NCBI RefSeq assembly: GCF_030028105.1
Contig: NC_092372.1
Coordinates: 101,436,687 to 101,500,686 of the forward strand
Length of the DNA stretch: 64,000 nucleotides
Reading direction: 5' to 3'
Origin: Mobula birostris
Lineage: Eukaryota
Shown: one piece after another, positions 62,385-64,000 of the stretch
Layout: every line of letters starts with the position of its first letter
Position numbering within the stretch: the stretch's first letter is position 1
Program-made: the position numbers and the translations under genes
The notes under the pieces: generated by a model
Seen by the model: only the letters and a program-made list of their open reading frames with translations
The model's database searches: none
Told to the model about the DNA's origin: nothing

Positions 62385-64000
62385 TTGGAATATCTTAAAC
62401 AGACAAATCAATAAATCCAAACTCGTGGCACAACTAGAGATTGGTCGGTATAATGTTGTAGACATCATCTAGTCGTGGCTGAAAGGTTATAGTTGGGAGT
62501 TTAACATCAAAGGATTATCAAGAGGACAGGCAGGAAGGCACGAGCAGTGGTGTGGCTTTATTGGTAAGAGATGGAATTACATCTTTTGAAAGAGTTAACA
62601 TAGGGTCTGAGAATGTCAAATCTTTGTAGGGGGGAAGGGGAGTATAGAAACTGCAAGAGTGAAACAAAAACATTATCAGAATAACACATAGGCTTCCAAA
62701 TTGTAGCCAAGATGTGAGGTTGGGGTTGAGATTGCAAAGGGAGCTGGTAAAGGCATGTAGTAAGGGTAATATCACAATTGTAATGGTGGACTTCAATAGG
62801 CAAGGGGATTGGGAAAATCAGGTTGGTGTCAGATCACAAGAGATAGAATTTGTTGAATGCTTACGAGATGAATTTTTAGAGAGCTTGTGCTTGAGCCTGT
62901 TAGAGGAAAGGCTATCTTAGATTGGATGTTGTGTAATAACACAGATTTTATTAGTCGACTTAAATTAAAGGAACACTTAGGAGACAGTGAACATAGTATG
63001 ATTGAATTCATACTGCAATTTGAGAGGGAGAATCATTACTCACATATATCAGTATTACAATGGAATAAAGGGAATTACAAAGGCATCAGAGAGGAACTTT
63101 CCCAGGTGGATTGGAGGAGGATATTGGTGGGGATGATGGCAGAGCAGGGATGGCTGAAGTTTCTGGGAATAGTTTACAAAGCGCAGGATAGGTATGTCCC
63201 ATAGAAGAAGAAGTCCTCAAATGGCAGTGGTAGGCAACTTTGACTGACAACGGAAGTTAAAGACTGCATAAAAGCCAAGGAAAGGGCATATAAGGGAGCA
63301 AAAGTGAGTGGGAAGTTGGATGAATGGGAAGCTTTTAAAATCCAACTAAAGGCAACTAAAAAAGATATGAGAAAAGATGAAATATGAGGGCAAACTAGCT
63401 GATAATATAAAGCAAGATACAAAAAGTATTTTCAGTTGTATAAAGTATAAAAGGGAGGTGAGAGTTGATATTAGATCACTGGAAAATGATGCTGATTAGG
63501 TAGTAATGGGAGACAAAGAAATGGAAAATGAATTTAATAGGTTCTTTGCATCTGTCTTCACTGTGGAAGACACCAGAAGTGTGGCAGAGGTCTGTGAGTG
63601 TCAGCAAGCAGGAGTGAATGCCATTGCTATTACAAAGGAAAAGGTGCTAGTCAAGCTAAAAGGTCTTAAGATGGATAAGTCACCCAGATGGACTACGTTT
63701 CAGAGTCCTGTAAGAGTTTACTGAAGAGATAACAGATGCGTTAGTCATAATTTTTCAAGGACCGCTTAATTCTGGCATGGTCCCGGAAGACTGGAAAACT
63801 GCAAATGTCACTCCACTCCTTAAGAAGGGAGGAAGACAAAAGAGGAAATTATAGGCCAGTGAGCCTAACCTCAGTGGTTGGGAAAGTGTTGGAGTCCATT
63901 ATTAAGGTCGAGGTTTCGAGGTGCTTAGAGACTAATGATAAAATAAGTCAAATTCAGCATGGTTTCTGTGAAGAGAAATCTTGCCTGGCAAATCTGTTAG
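62385..64000 (+). mobile_element. CR1 ORF2 (endonuclease into RT), runs off the window end
   Basis: QLEIGRYNVVDI, MVDFNRQGDW, ILDWMLCN, LGDSEHSMIEF, FFASVFT, EDWKTANVTPL, NYRPVSLTSVVGKVLE. Confidence 0.9.

Noticed and set aside
1-64000. CRISPR array, operon or prokaryotic defence system
   Set aside because: No regularly spaced repeats and no dense intact ORFs; the sequence is vertebrate repeat-rich DNA.

Overview
Eukaryotic, non-coding, transposon-dense vertebrate DNA. The repeat mix (CR1 LINEs with SGNH-esterase ORF1, Rex1/Babar-like LINEs, V-SINEs with CR1-type tails, CORE-type SINEs, Penelope-like elements) suggests a cartilaginous fish such as a ray or shark; this is inference. I find no recognisable host protein-coding exon, rRNA, true tRNA gene or CRISPR array. 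Nearly all ORFs in the track are decayed TE frames, their antisense, or noise. Main elements: a complete but dead Mag-like Ty3/Gypsy provirus (12079-17126; both LTRs, PBS, PPT, ATGAG TSD), a much older Gypsy relic (~59330-61300), a near full-length CR1 (40478-43965) with an inverted sister copy (34135-36426), several Rex1-like LINEs, a truncated IR/DR Tc1 (DD34E), a HERO-like RT fragment, and a Penelope GIY-YIG 3' end. Most notable: (1) a 135-bp, TSD-flanked, Penelope-derived insertion that begins with a minimal type-I hammerhead ribozyme with an intact core (13876-13913), with about six degenerate or fold-back relatives in the window; (2) a Tc1 breakpoint stitched from two locally templated patches; (3) TE-poor, homeodomain-motif-rich blocks that may be conserved enhancers. 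Boundaries were set by eye and are approximate unless a TSD or TIR is cited; family names come from remembered motifs, not a database search.
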